Shown: positions 1 to 14,070, counted from the first letter of the stretch. The stretch is DNA of 64,000 bases from Octopus sinensis (GCF_006345805.1 NC_042998.1:185194001-185258000); one strand, 5' to 3'. Notes: generated by a model not told the origin, from the sequence alone. Program-made: numbers and translations.

Positions 1-794
1 CCTCGTCTTATTCACTTTCTAGTACCTTCCTATATATCACTATCTCCCCTTCTGTTCTCTTTCCTCAAATCACCCAAAATGTTTCTCCTTTATTCTTATA
101 GCTTCTCTCTCCTCTCTCCCTCTCTCCATCTTCCTCTCTCCATCTTCTTCTCTCCCTCCTTTCCTCTCCCCCCCTCTCTCTCTTTCTCTTTTTTTCTCTC
201 TCTCGAGCTTGCGCACGCACATCTTCCCTTTGGAGAAAGAGCCTCCTGTGTCAATGCGATGCGGTTCTTTCGTTTGTCGTCATGAGAACATTTTCCGCGC
301 TAACATCGCGCTGCCGTACTCCGCCTCCGCCTCCACCGTTCATCACAAGATTCTGTTATTAAATTGCTTCTGACACAGATGCTGTCTGCTTGTGGTGACA
401 TCTGCCGGCTGTTGACTAGTGACAAGGGCGGTGAATTACGTGTTGACATCACATCCGTACCGCGACCGTCAGCTTGACGCGTATTGCTTGATCGACATTC
501 GTGTTTTTATTTATATTTTATTTTATTTTTATTTTAAATTCGATGTGAAAAAAGAAAAACAAAAACTACACATAAACAACATAAACAAATACTTAAAATA
601 TAAACAAAAACAACAAAAATGCAGAGAAAATATATAAAATTAAACGGAAAGGAAAAGTAAAACAATGTTTCCTGGATGGCAAGTTTTGTGCAGGGTCGAT
701 GCTTAACGATGAGGAGGGTGCGTGAAATCGGGCATGAAAAGGGGCTGTTAGGGTTGACGGTGGAATAAAATCGCGAAAAGCATACGTACAACAT

Positions 795-941
795 TCACCT
801 TAACACACACACACACACACACACACATACACACGCACACACACACACGCACGCAAAAACTGCACGCACGCACACACACACATATACACACACACTTGCA
901 AAATTGCACACATGCATACGCACTCTTGATACATTCTCCAT

Positions 942-990
<49 letters not shown>

Positions 991-1419
991 ATAAAATTGC
1001 ACGCACACACACAGACACATACTTGCAAAATTGTGCACATGCATACACTAGCTTGACACATTCTACTTTTCACGCATACACACACACACACATATACACA
1101 CATACTTGCAAAATTGTACACATCCATACGCACTCTTGATACATTCTCCAGAACACGCATACACACATATACACACACGCAAAATTGCACGCAAGCAAAC
1201 ACACGCAAAACTGCACGCACACACACAGACACATACTTGCAAAATTGTGCACATGCATATCCACGCTTGACACATTCTCCTTTTCACGCATACACACACA
1301 TATACACTCACACATATACACACACACTTGCAAAATTGCACACATGCATACGCACTCTTGATACATTCTCTATAACATGTATACACACACACACACACAC
1401 ACACACATACGCAAAATTG

Positions 1420-1456
<37 letters not shown>

Positions 1457-1845
1457 ATACTTGCAAAATTGTGCACATGCATATCCGCGTTTGACACAGT
1501 CTCCTTAACACGCATACACATACACACATTTACACATATACACACACACTTTCAAAATTGCACACATGCATACACACTCTTGATACATTCTCCATAACAC
1601 GCATACACACATACACACACACGCACAAAATTGCACGCACACACACACACACTCTCTTGCAAGATTGCTCAGATGCACACCCGCGCTTAACACATTCTCC
1701 TCATCATGCATACACACACACATACACATACTCACACATATACGCACACGCTTGCAAAATTGCACACATACATACGCACTCTTGATACATTCTCCATAAC
1801 ACGCATACATACATACACACACACACACAAAACTGCACGCACACG

Positions 1846-1882
<37 letters not shown>

Positions 1883-2570
1883 TTATACGCACTCTTGATA
1901 CATTCTCCATAACACGCATACACACATACACACACACGCTTGCAAAATTGCGCACATCCATACACTTCCTGACATATTCTCCTTAATACGCACACACGCA
2001 CACACACACACAAACACACTCGCACACATATACACACACATGCACACACACACATACACATACACATGCACACACGCACATATATTCACACACAAACAGA
2101 TACACACACACTTGCAAAATTGCACACATGCATACACACACTTGACACATTCTCCCTAACGCACACACACACACACATACACACACACACAAACACACTC
2201 GCACACATATACACACACATGCACACACACATACACATACACATGCACACACGCACATATATTCACACACAAACAGATACACACACACTTGCAAAATTGC
2301 ACACATGCATACACACACTTGACACATTCTCCCTAACGCACACACACACACACACATACACACACATACACAAACACACACAAACACACACGCATATATG
2401 CAAGATTGCGCACATGCATCCACGCGCTTGACAGAACATTCTCCTTAACGCGCATGCATTTACGCACACATGCACAGAAACACACATATACACATGCAAA
2501 AATGTAACACATACATACACACGCTTGACAACATTCTCGTTGATATACACACATACGAAAATACACACAC
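795..2570. repeat. Complex minisatellite: conserved core (cttgcaaaattgcacacatgcatacgcactcttgatacattctccataacacgca) interleaved with variable (CA)n tracts
   Basis: More than ten visible recurrences of the core separated by (CA)n of varying length; explains all CVCV/HTHT ORFs here. Confidence 0.95.
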
Positions 2571-3600
2571 ACGCATATACTCATTTGACACAACATTCTC
2601 CTGAACATATCCATACATATACACATACATACAAACATACACACATACATTCATAAAAATGCGCATGTATGCATTCACATGTTTGATAAAACGTTCACCG
2701 TAACACATATACATATATACATACACAAGCAGAGATGCACACATATACACAAGTCAATACACACACATACACACACACATACATATCTACATACATACAT
2801 ACATACATACATACATACACGTACGTACGTACATACATACATACATACACGTACGTACGTACATACATATCTACATACATACATACATACACGTACGTAC
2901 GTACATACATACACTACATACCGTACGTACGTACATACAATACATACATACATACATCATACATACATACATACACGTACGTACGTACATACATAATCCT
3001 ACATACATACATACATACATACTACATACATACATACATACACGTACGTACATACTAACATACATACACATACATACATACACTTACATACATACATACA
3101 TACATACATACAACATACATACATACTACGTACGTACATACATACATACATCATACATACATACATACACGTACATACATACATACATACATACATACAT
3201 ACATACTACATACATACATACGTACATACATCATACTACATACATAATACTACATAATACATACGTACTACATACATACATAATACCTACATACATACTA
3301 CATACTACGTACGTACATACACATACATACATACATACATACATCACGTACATACATACATACATACTACATACATACACATACATGCATACATATACAT
3401 AATACATACATACATACATACTACATACTACATAATACATACATACACGTACATACATACATACATCATAATATATCATACATACATACATACAATACAT
3501 ACATACACACATACATACATACATTACATACATACATACATACATACATACTACTACATACATACATACATACATACATACGTATGTATGCAACGTATAC
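2570..3600. repeat. Compound (CATA)n/(CGTA)n tetranucleotide microsatellite
   Basis: Directly visible acat/tacg repeats. Confidence 0.95.
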
Positions 3601-3731
3601 ATATAGACACATGAAGACCCAAACACATTAAGACGCAATTTCGAATACGCACGCCGTACACAATCTTACATATACTCATCAACAGCATGCATACAATCAC
3701 TCAAACTCGAACACAAATACAGACACACAAA

Positions 3732-3771
<40 letters not shown>

Positions 3772-4029
3772 CACACATATACACACATATATATATAAAC
3801 ACGCGTGCATTCATACGTACATTCTTGCATGTCAAAACCACATAAGCAAACTTAGATATGCACTCACACACACACACACACATACACACACATTATCACG
3901 CGTATGCACATACACACATACGTGCGCACACATACACACACACACAAATAAAATGTCAAACTAATGGGAGGAAAGAATAGTTTCTAAGATTAATTAAATC
4001 TGTAGAAGCAATCATTTTTATTTCGCCTA

Positions 4030-5650
4030 CCATCACCACCACCATCACCAGCAGTACACATATTGCCACCTTTACTACCACCACCACCACCGCCGCCGCC
4101 GCCAGCACTAACAACACCACCATCGCCATTATCACTACATTCATCGCCACCACCAACAGCACTACAACCAATACAATCATTACCACCACTACCTTTATAC
4201 TTACCGTGCCCACCCCCGTCAACACCACCACCAACAACAACAACACTTATTTCCAACACTGTCACCACCATACTTAATTACCACTACCACCACCATCACA
4301 CTTATTGACATCACCACTACACTTATTACCGCCACCAACACTACACTTATTTCTGACACTAACACCACCAACAATACACTTATTACTACCATCTCTAACA
4401 CACTTATAGTTACTACCATCACTATACTCATAATCATCAACACTGCCACTTATTATCACTGCAACCACCACTACACTTATTACTACAATCCTTACTATTA
4501 CACTCATTACCTTCACTACTACATTCATTACTACCGTCCTTCCTATTACACTTATTACCACCACCACTACATGTACTACTACCATCCTTACTATTACACT
4601 TGCACCTCCACTACTACGATTATTACTATAATTCGTACTATTACACTCATTACCATCACCACTACACTTATTACTACAATCCTTACTATTACACTTATTA
4701 CCTTCACCTTTACAATTATTACTACCGTCCTTATTATTACACTTATTACCATCATCACCACACTTATTACAATCCTTACAATTACACTCATTACCATCAC
4801 CACTACACTTATTACTACAATCCTTACTATTACACTTATTACCTTCACCTTTACAATTATTACTACCGTCCTTATTATTACACTTATTACCATCATCACC
4901 ACACTTATTACAATCCTTACAATTACACTCATTACCATCACCACTAGATTTATTACTACAATCCTTATTATTACACTTATTACCTTCACTATTACAATTA
5001 TTACTACCGTCCTTATTATTACGCTTATTACTGTCACTACCACACTTATTACTACAATCCTTACAATTACACTCATTACCCTCACCACCACACTTATTAC
5101 CACAATCCTTACTATTACACTTATTACCTTCACCATTACAATTATTACTACCGTCCTTATTATTACACTCATTACCATCACCACTACATTTATTACTACA
5201 ATCCTTACTATTACATTTATTTCCTTCACCATTACACTTATTACTACAATCCTTACTATTACCGTCACCACTACACATTGCTACAATCCTTACTATTGCA
5301 CTTATTACTACTAATAACACTTATTATCTTCACCACTACACTTTTTACTACAATCTTTACTGTTACACTTATTACCACTACGCTACACTTATTACTACTG
5401 TCCTTACTATTACACTTATTACCCTCCCTACTATGCCAATTAGAACAATCCTTACTATTATACTTATCACCACCACCACCACCACTACAGTTATTTCCAC
5501 CACCACCAACGCTGTGCTTAACCGTCACTACCTTTGAAACTATCACTATCATCATTATCATTATCATCCCATGACGACAATTACCACCATTGCTACCATT
5601 GCTACTATCAGCACTACTACCACCACTATTATTACCACCAGCATCACCAC
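4030..5650. repeat. ACC/ACT/ATT-derived minisatellite (~48-bp unit with a 141-bp higher-order duplication)
   Basis: Recurring ttattactacaatccttactattacacttattaccttcacc; the 47-codon block KCSGDGNEC...KDCSN occurs twice in the 4274..5320 ORF. Confidence 0.9.
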
Positions 5651-5998
5651 TGACGAAGCCTCTATGTGATTGCTTCACCTATTAGAAATAGCAATTAAAT
5701 TTCTCTTAAATCACGCCCGACAAGGAATGATAATGGTGGTGGTGGTGGTGGTGGTGGTGGCGGTGGTTGGATCGTAGTGATGGTGGTGGTGGTGGTAGTG
5801 GTGGTGGTGGTGGTGGTGGTGGTATCGGTCGTTGTGGTAGTGGTGGTAAGGATGGGACACAGACAATTTAGTTCTATATCTAAAATAAAGACGAGATGGT
5901 CGTGGTTGGTAAGCCTCTGATCATAAGTCTACTCACAGCAGCAGTAACAATATCACCAGCCAGATTAACCCATTAACTGCCAAATTCTTTTATTCATA

Positions 5999-6635
5999 AC
6001 TAGCAGTATCGCCCGGCGTTGCTCGGATTTGTAAGGGAAATAACTATATAAGCATTTTTAGAGAGTTATAGCCAAAAAAATAGCAAAAAATGCATTAAAA
6101 ATGGAAAAAATATGATGGTAAATTTTTTTTTAAATCGTTGACTCATCGTAGACATTTTTAGAGAGTTACTTCCCTTATATAATAGCGAAAAAATGCATTA
6201 AAATGGAAAAAAAACGATGGTAAATTTTTTTTTAAATCGTAGACTCATGTAGACGCTTTCTTAGCCATTCTGTTTTGGTGTCTTCAAGCCATGAAGTCGT
6301 TGTTCTAAAAGAACGCTGGTCTCCTTGACAACGCATTACGACGTTGATTTCCTTACACTCCCTTCCCCACAGGTGCAGGTGTGAGCGTGGACGCCAACTC
6401 CGCCGCCATCGACACACGAAAAATTATGCATTAAAATGGAATAAAAAAATGTTAAATTATTTTTAAAATCGTAGACTCATCGTAGACGCGCGCTAATACT
6501 CAGACGGGCTCGATATGAATCACGACTATAAGCTACCCGAATTTGGTTAAACTGCACCGCAAAATGTGGGAGTAGTTAGGAATCTAAATCGAAGGGCACA
6601 GACACTCACACAACTACAGTTTTATATATATAGAT
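5999..6635 (+). mobile_element. Non-autonomous Helitron/Helentron-like element (family H1)
   Basis: Starts actagcagtatcgcccggcgttgctcgg and ends ttttatatatatagat; no TIR or TSD seen; homologous to the inverted copies at 45711-46731; internal tandem duplication of aaatgcattaaaatgg...gactcatcgtagac. Superfamily inferred from terminal architecture. Confidence 0.7.
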
Positions 6636-6644
6636 ATACATAGC

Positions 6645-7200
6645 GCAGTAGTGGTGAGATGTGACAGCAAAGAAAAGCATACATTCACCCTCTGCATGGA
6701 ATTAGACTCGGAAAGTTCATGAGGAACCCATTGACCCAATTTGCTGACTTTTCCGATAGCACACAGGTCTCAATGAATGGTTGAATGACCAAATCCAAGC
6801 TTCTCTGCTAGTTCCTCAACAGTTACGATGAGATTTTGTTCCACCGGGGTTTTCAGGATGTCCTTGTCGAGTTCTACAGATCTTTCAGGATGAGGCTCGT
6901 CTTCTAGGCTGTAGTTTATAGCTCGGAATTTCTGGAACCACCATTGACACTGCCTTACGCTTATTGTCCATATACTGCATTAATATTTCTTGTACTTTCC
7001 GTTGCGTTGTTGTCTTTATTGAACTCATAAAGCAAAATATGCCAAATATGCTCCTTTGTTACTTCCAACATAGCTTTGAAAAAAAATAGCTGTTAAAATC
7101 GAAATGCACTCTTCAAAACTTGCACTATGAATAAGGACAAGATAAAATTACTACCTGCTTTTATAGCAAGTTAATATAAGTAGTTTATCCCATTCCCCTC
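6645..7200 (-). mobile_element. Degenerate mariner (Tc1/mariner) transposase fragment, N-terminal half
   Basis: Minus strand from ATG at 7071 reads MLEVTKEHIWHILLYEFNKDNNATES..., then after frameshifts ...VEQNLIVTVEELAEKLGFGHSTIH...IGKVSKLGQWVPHELSES; WVPHEL is the mariner linker motif. Stops and frameshifts present. Confidence 0.9.
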
Positions 7201-7239
7201 TGACTTTTAGTTCAAGCTGTTGAAAAAACCGCATTATTA

Positions 7240-7247
7240 TATATATA

Positions 7248-7279
<32 letters not shown>

Positions 7280-7780
7280 CACACACACTCTCTCTCTCAC
7301 ACACATGCACACATTTATATTCTGTTATTCTTTTATATGTTTCAGCCTTGAGGTTGTGGCCATGCTGGATCATGTGTGTGTGTGTGTGTGTGTGTGTGTC
7401 TATCTGTCTGTCTGTCTGTATGTATATATGTATATGTATGTGTGTGAACAATAATATTTTCAACAGATGTGTTGCAAATGTATCTGATTGTTCTCAAGCT
7501 TCAATACTGTGTGTGTGTATGTGTGTGTGTGTGTATGTATGTATGTATATGTATTTATGTATATATATGTATGTATGTATGTATTGTATGTAGTGTGGTG
7601 TGTATGTATGTGTGTGTGTATGTATGTATGTATATGTATGTATGTATATATGTATGTATGTATGTGTGTATGTATGTATGTGTGTGTGTATGTATGTATG
7701 TGTGTGTATGTGTGTGTGTGTATGTATGTATGTATGTATATGTATGTATGTATGTATGTATGTATGAGTGTATGTTTACT
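7240..7780. repeat. (TATG)n/(TG)n compound microsatellites
   Basis: Directly visible. Confidence 0.9.
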
Positions 7781-8419
7781 TATTACTAACAGAAGCCACT
7801 ACGGTTATTTAATGTAAAGTCTTCCTCAAATCACTCTGTCTCGCTATTTACTCTCTTCCAAGAACATTTTCACTCACTCTTATGTAGCTTCCCATACATT
7901 TTACTCATGTATCTATCAGCGTGATAGACAGAAACAAATATTACATCTAGTTTCACTTTATTCGTTACACAGTGTGTGTGTGCGTTTGCGTGTGCTGTAA
8001 ACCAGACTAAGAAAAGCATTTGACATACACACCAGAATGTGAGTTTTCTGTAAATTTTGCTTAATTGGAGTTTAAATTTTAAAAACTGGACCTGGCATGA
8101 CGCGATGCATTCTACTCTTAAAAATGCTAGGTAAATTGTAATTGAAGAAATCCTATATTGTAGATTTCTATAACTCCCAAAGGGAGGCAGATAAAATCTG
8201 CCTTTTATAATAAGAGATTTTTGGCTTTGCCAGGTGTCATAGGAGTTAAAATAATATATAGTATTTAAATTTTCTTCATATGTGAATTATTTTGGAAATT
8301 ATGATAAATTTCTCGAAAAGTCCCAAATGAGGATCGCTAAAAAAAACCTTATTTATCCTTTTCTAGTCAATTGCAATAATAAACATTTTTGTTTTGTTTT
8401 TTTTACTATAGTATCAAAT

Positions 8420-9567
8420 GCAAATGGGGGCTTTGAGGGGTGTCCCGCGTGATCTAGGATGTGGGAGAAGTGTGTCTGCTACGCTGACGATGTCACCGTC
8501 ATAGTGTCGAGCCGCAAGCATATAGGCCTGACTGGCGATACACTTACAGAATATAAAGCGATGACAGGAGTAAAAATTCACGCAGAAAAGTCAGTGGACT
8601 AGCAACTCAGCACCAGGAGAGGCAAGTCCATGCCGTCCAACAGCGTCGTTGGGCGCTAGACAGACGGTCCGGTTATATTGCTCGAGATCTGGTTCCGTCC
8701 AGACCTCCAGGTGGAGGAAAAAAGGGGCGCGTTCCACTGGTCAGGCGCTCCATCTGCTGTCAACAACCGCTGAATGGTGGCTTGGGAATGCCGTGGTTGC
8801 TGATGCGCAGACATGCGTTCAGGCTACGACATCTCCAGCGTTACCTTGATGGTAAGCAGGTGTGGTCGCTGTTTGTCAGACACACTTTTTCACAGCTCGT
8901 CTCTTAGACTGAGCTGCAATCCTGGATTAGGCCTAGACCGAAGATGGACGCTTGGCACCTCGAGTACCATCAAGCGCTCACAGCCCTCCGCTAGGTGGGC
9001 AATGTGGTCGGTGGTAGTTCCACTCTAGCATTCTATAGAGGGTTAGTGGAGAGAAAGTGCGACGACCTTCTCGGGGAAACTCTGGACGTCGACGAAGATC
9101 AACTGACTGGTTTGTTGCGGTGGACTTTCGGGCCGGGGCCTATGGATAACTTCCAGAAATCCTTTGCGTGGCAGTATTACCGCGGGGCACTACCAGTTCG
9201 TGATAAACTTCACAGGTACAGAAATGCCGTCAGCCATGTCTGCCCAAGGTGCGCGCAGAGTGACGAAACCGTTCTGCACGGCCTCGTCCACGCCCTCGTC
9301 CAATGCTAACATGTGGGTTTATGTCGGGCACCTGCTGTCGAGTGTACGACGGATCCGGCTATCAGCTGAAATCATAGTGAAAATTTCCCCGCCGTCCTCC
9401 TTTGGCCGAGAGGGGCGGGCAGTTTTTATTTGCCTCCCCTACTGGGAGTTTTACGTTGTTTAATCTTAACTGAAAACCCTTTGTATCGTCCGGTTTTTGT
9501 CTCTTAATGTTTTTGTATGTCCTTTAATGTTATTTTATGTAAGCCCTGTGGCTAATAAAAGAATAGA
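8420..9567 (+). mobile_element. 5'-truncated, degenerate L1/Tx1-clade LINE: ORF2 (RT + zf-RVT) and 3' UTR
   Basis: YADDVTVIVS at 8480-8509 followed by TGVKIHAEKS; downstream AWQYYRGALPVRDKL...CPRCAQSDETVLH...C zinc-binding module; T-rich 3' UTR ending gccctgtggctaataaa. Stops and frameshifts present. Confidence 0.9.
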
Positions 9568-9583
9568 TTATTTCTAATGACTG

Positions 9584-9867
9584 TTTTGAAGAATGGTCAG
9601 TGTGAAAGGATCAATTCTGAGTATACACCTGTAAAGATAAAAGAAGGGTTCTTGCCCTGTTCATCAGGCACCCGTGGCTTTTGCGGGTTTTTCCACGAGT
9701 AACCTTTAAAGCACCTCCCCCTATTGGGAGTTTTATTTTGTTTCATTTTTCATTGTTTTTTATTGTTTGCATACGGAGTACCGTTTGTATCGTCTTGTGT
9801 TGTCTTTTATCTTGTTGCATGTCCTTTTATGTATATTTATATTCGCCCTTGTGGCCAATAAATGAAA
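9584..9867 (+). mobile_element. Second, short 3'-end copy of a related Tx1-type LINE with a 16-bp TSD
   Basis: Short reading frame RMVSVKGSILSIHL* (9590-9634), taken as the ORF2 C-terminus, then a 3' UTR paralogous to 9436-9567; flanked by ttatttctaatgactg (9568-9583) and ttatttctaatgattg (9868-9883). Confidence 0.75.
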
Positions 9868-9979
9868 TTATTTCTAATGATTGAACAAGGCGCAGATCGT
9901 GGCGAATATAGTAGAAGCAGTAATGTCTGTCTTCGTGGTGATGATAGCGAAAGGAGGTTACGTTATAGAGGAAGGAAGG

Positions 9980-10195
9980 GTAATAGTTGGTGATGGTGGT
10001 GGTGGTGGTGGTGGTGGTGGTGGTAGTAGTGGTGGTCATAACAATTTTAGAAGGCAAATGTGGTGATGGTGACGATGGTAGTGGTGGAGCTGGTTGTGAT
10101 GAAGATGGTGATGAAGATGGTGATAGTTATTGATATCTCTGGTAATTTGCGATGATGATGATGAATACGTGTGTTGATAATACAAATAGTAGTAA

Positions 10196-10242
<47 letters not shown>

Positions 10243-10350
10243 TCAGCAGTAGCAGTAGTAGTAGTATCAGCAGTAGTAGTAGTAGCAGCAGCAGTAGTAG
10301 TAGTAGTAGCAGCAGTAGTAGTAGTAATGGTGGTGGTGGTGGTGGTGGTA
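9980..10350. repeat. (GGT)n/(AGT)n/(AGC)n trinucleotide repeats
   Basis: Directly visible. Confidence 0.95.
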
Positions 10351-10658
10351 AAAAAAAGAGCGGGAGAAGAGGCAAAGAAGAATCGAGAATTATCTAAAAC
10401 AAAAATAGAAGACGGCCATACAGACAGACATGAAGACAGACACACAGACAAACATCATGTTAAAGGTTAACAAAAGAGTGACACAAATAATAAAGTGGGT
10501 GTGAGGTTTCATGTAGTGGAGGTGGTGGTGGTGGTGGAGTCAGCTATACCCGATGTTACCACGTGTCTTTGTGGTATTGCAATGACACTAATGGTGATTT
10601 GTTTCTTCCTTGTTGCTATATTAGTGGTTATATTTATTGCTGTTGTTGTTGTTGTTGT

Positions 10659-10689
<31 letters not shown>

Positions 10690-11314
10690 AACTACGATGA
10701 CTACGATGATGATGATGTTCATACTGTTGTTACAGTTTAACTTGGGAAAAAATATTATGGAAATGAGAAGGGAAAATAAAAGAAGATAAAACATACAAAA
10801 AAGCAAAAAAAAAATGGTACAACAGCTGATGATTTCCTTGATCCTATTTCCAGCTTCCAATTAATATTAGGTCTTGTGCCTTACAATCGCTCCAGTAATT
10901 TGCATCAGACAGCGGTGTAGAGCAGGAGGTAGTCTTTTTTAACGGATGGACAACGCTTCGCAGTTTCGAATCTGTGTTGAAAGCCACCTCAGCACTTCAC
11001 TCACACTACCAATGTTCTTAGAAAATGGTATGAAAATCTAAATCTCCGGCCCTCCTACACATACTTGAAGAAGGTATTGTTACACGACTCCAAGACTTGT
11101 CAAAAATAAACGCCAAATGTCCTTCAGTGCATCTCGTACCACCTTTAATAAAAGATACAGTCTTGGACATATCGTTTGAAAAAAAATTGGAATGGTAAGA
11201 GCTGGAACACTTCTATTATATGTCTGCAAGAGCAGAGTTGAGCAGGAGCGATTGAACAACAGCTAGTATAGTATGGTATGATATCATTTTTGTATCAGTT
11301 AAGTTGGTGAGTTA

Positions 11315-11750
11315 GTAGAATCGTTTGCATATCGGACAGAATGCTTGGCGATATTTCGTTCGGCTTTTAATGCACTGAGTTCAAATTTTGTCAAGGTTAA
11401 CTTTGCCTTTTACCATTTGGAATCGATAAATAAGTAGTAGCCGAGCACTGAGGTCGATGTAATCGATAAGCTCTCTTTCCTAAATTTGCTGACCTTGTAC
11501 TAAATTTAGGGAGATTTAGTGTATTAGTTAAGGTGACAAACTGGCAGAAGCGTTTGCGCGTCGGACAAAATGCATAGCGGAATTTCTTCTGGGTCTCCAA
11601 GTTCTGACTTCAAATTCTGCTGAGGTCAACTTTGTCTTTCATCCTTTCGGAGTCGATTAAATAAGTACCGGTGAAGAACAGAGATCGATGTAATTGACTT
11701 GCCCCTCCTCCTAAAATTGCTGGCCTTGTACCAAAATTTGAAACCATTAT
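11315..11750 (+). mobile_element. Two degenerate copies of tRNA-derived SINE family B (old tail type)
   Basis: gagttcaaatt...gtcaactttg(c/t)ctttcatcctttcgg core and aaattgctggccttgtaccaaaatttgaaacc tail. Confidence 0.7.
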
Positions 11751-14070
11751 AGTGTCAAGTCAAAGACAGTAGAATTCTTAAGGCGTCGAGAAAAATGCGA
11801 TAAATAAATAGTAGTCGAAGACAGTAGAATTCTTAGAGCGTCGAGAAAAATGCTTTGCAATATTTCTTCCGGTTTTTTACGTTCTAACTTCAAATACCAC
11901 CGAGGTCAGCTTCGTCTTTCACTCTTGCTGGGCAAAAGAAATAAAGTTCCAGTCAAGTACTGGCTGATGTCGACGATATCGATTAACCTTCTGTTGGTCT
12001 TATACCTAATTCAGAAACCATTATTGTGTCAGTCCAAATTTACATTTCTAAAGAACAAAAGGCAAAAGCAAAAGATGCAATTTTTAAAAATTCTATATCC
12101 TATCATTCATATTTATCATGTATAACCATTTTCTTCGCATTTCGATTCCAAGTTCTTTTGGATGGTATTTTGGGCACCCCCTCGTACATAGTGAGGTTTG
12201 AATTCAGTGGTGTAAACAAATGAAACAAGTTTTACTTGTTTTACAACAGTCAACAGCATACGTGTTGCCTCCACATACGTGCTGTCTTCTTTATCTACTC
12301 TCTACTCACTACAGTGGCATTTTCTCTTCGGAGTAAGCTGGTCTCGAACCTATACACACGCACACGGGCTTGTCTCTTATCCTCTCGTAACCTATTTTGT
12401 GCCTACCACCCCGCTCGCCACTATGTTCAGTCCTTCCTTCACAAAACCTCAACTCTTTTGAATCCCTTCCAAACAGATGTTTTTTCCGGACTCTATCAGC
12501 TTGCAGTTGCTCCAGAGGAACGTCAAACTAGTTTTTCCAAGATTTCGAAGGTCGCAGGCAGAGCTCCTAACTCCAGACCAAATCAATAAATGAAAAAAGA
12601 CTGAAACTAACAATGATATTCATTTACAGTGTGAAGTAGACAGGACCTTAGGGAAAAGACAGAGAAAAGAGACAGTATGTATACGGACCAGAGAACTATT
12701 GGTGATTGTTATGATGCAACGAAGGTACTCCTCAATTAACAGGTGGTTCATTTACTTAAAGTACCGAGTTCAAAACCCGCGATGTGCAAGATCAATACAC
12801 CCCAGTATACTCTTTGAATTCCTGCATCAAAATGAAGTTTTCGTTAGTTCTTCGGTGAGCCAGTGGAATGCAGGACATTATATAGCTTTTTTATTTAAAT
12901 ATATAATACATTAGATGAAGGCATGTGATCCAGAGGTTAAGAATTTTCGCCAAGACATGCAACACAGCAGATGTAGCAAGATGCAAACCGATTATAATTT
13001 GGTTAAGTGGCCAAATTTTATCGATTTGGTCATTTAGGACACAGTTCTAATGACATGCCATCACGTATCCAAATACTCCCTAATTGCATGTATAGATAAA
13101 CCCGACAACAACTCCACACAAAAGAACTCCTTCGCAGCTCCTTATGCAAACATCGAAATCATCCTGTTGTGAAATCAAGTTACATCAGTTACGTTGGGTC
13201 TTTCACATACTTCGCTTTCATTGTAAATGTTTTTTTTTGAAAATGATTCCATTTCCAGTCTTCCAGAATATTTAGAGAAAAAAAAATAAGACAAAAAGAA
13301 AAAATGCTTAGAAAAAAATCAGAATACAAAAAACATACCCAAAGTGTTTCCGATCAATTTGTTGCTGGCACCATATGTCTGCCTTTCCAGATCAGGTTTT
13401 GAAACCATATCCTAATAAAACAAATATTATAAGTCATGATTCGTCTAAGACAAATTAAATGAATAAAAAAACAATGGAGATTCCGAATGAAACTCGATCG
13501 CTGTCGTCTGCTCCTTAGTTACACACAAATACTTCGATAGAAGTCCTCATTTTTTTCTCTCGTTTTTTTTTTCGACGCAGCCTTAAAGATGTTTTAAGTT
13601 TTACTGTTTACACAGTTACCTTCGGATTTTTTTTCTTCTTTCTCTGTTTTCGTCATTTAATATCCCCATCCTTTTTTTTTTTTTTCGTTGACTTTCTCCG
13701 ATTCAACTTCTCAATGGATTTCATCTTTTTTGCTCATCCTTTCACAAACACGCTCTCATACCCTTCCCTCTCTATTTCTCTTCCTATCTCTCTTTATTTC
13801 TTTTCTATTCAGTTTTATATTTATCTTCCCTTTGATTTTTCCCTTCCTTCCCAAGTCTGTCACGATATCTGCAGCATTTTTATCCAACTTATTTCTCCAT
13901 CTACCTCACCATCAAGCGTACTAACACACATAGAACTGCCAATGTTCTGTATCGACCACTAACATCCTTGTCTTGAGACAATTAAGAAAACTAGCCAATT
14001 CTTTTCTTTTCTTTCCTTTTTTTCCCCCACCCCAGTAACACCACAGAACATTCTATAGAAAATAACTCAC

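Noticed and set aside
748-3950. Numerous CVCV/HTHT/MYVC ORFs
   Set aside because: These are translations of (CA)n and (TACA)n repeats; the same applies to similar ORFs at 25-26 kb, 34 kb, 45-47 kb, 56 kb and 61-62 kb.
4274-5320. 348-aa Cys/Asn/Lys-rich ORF (and the overlapping 247-aa Thr/Ile-rich ORF)
   Set aside because: It lies wholly in a trinucleotide-derived minisatellite that is open on both strands; there is no unique N- or C-terminal domain or splice context.
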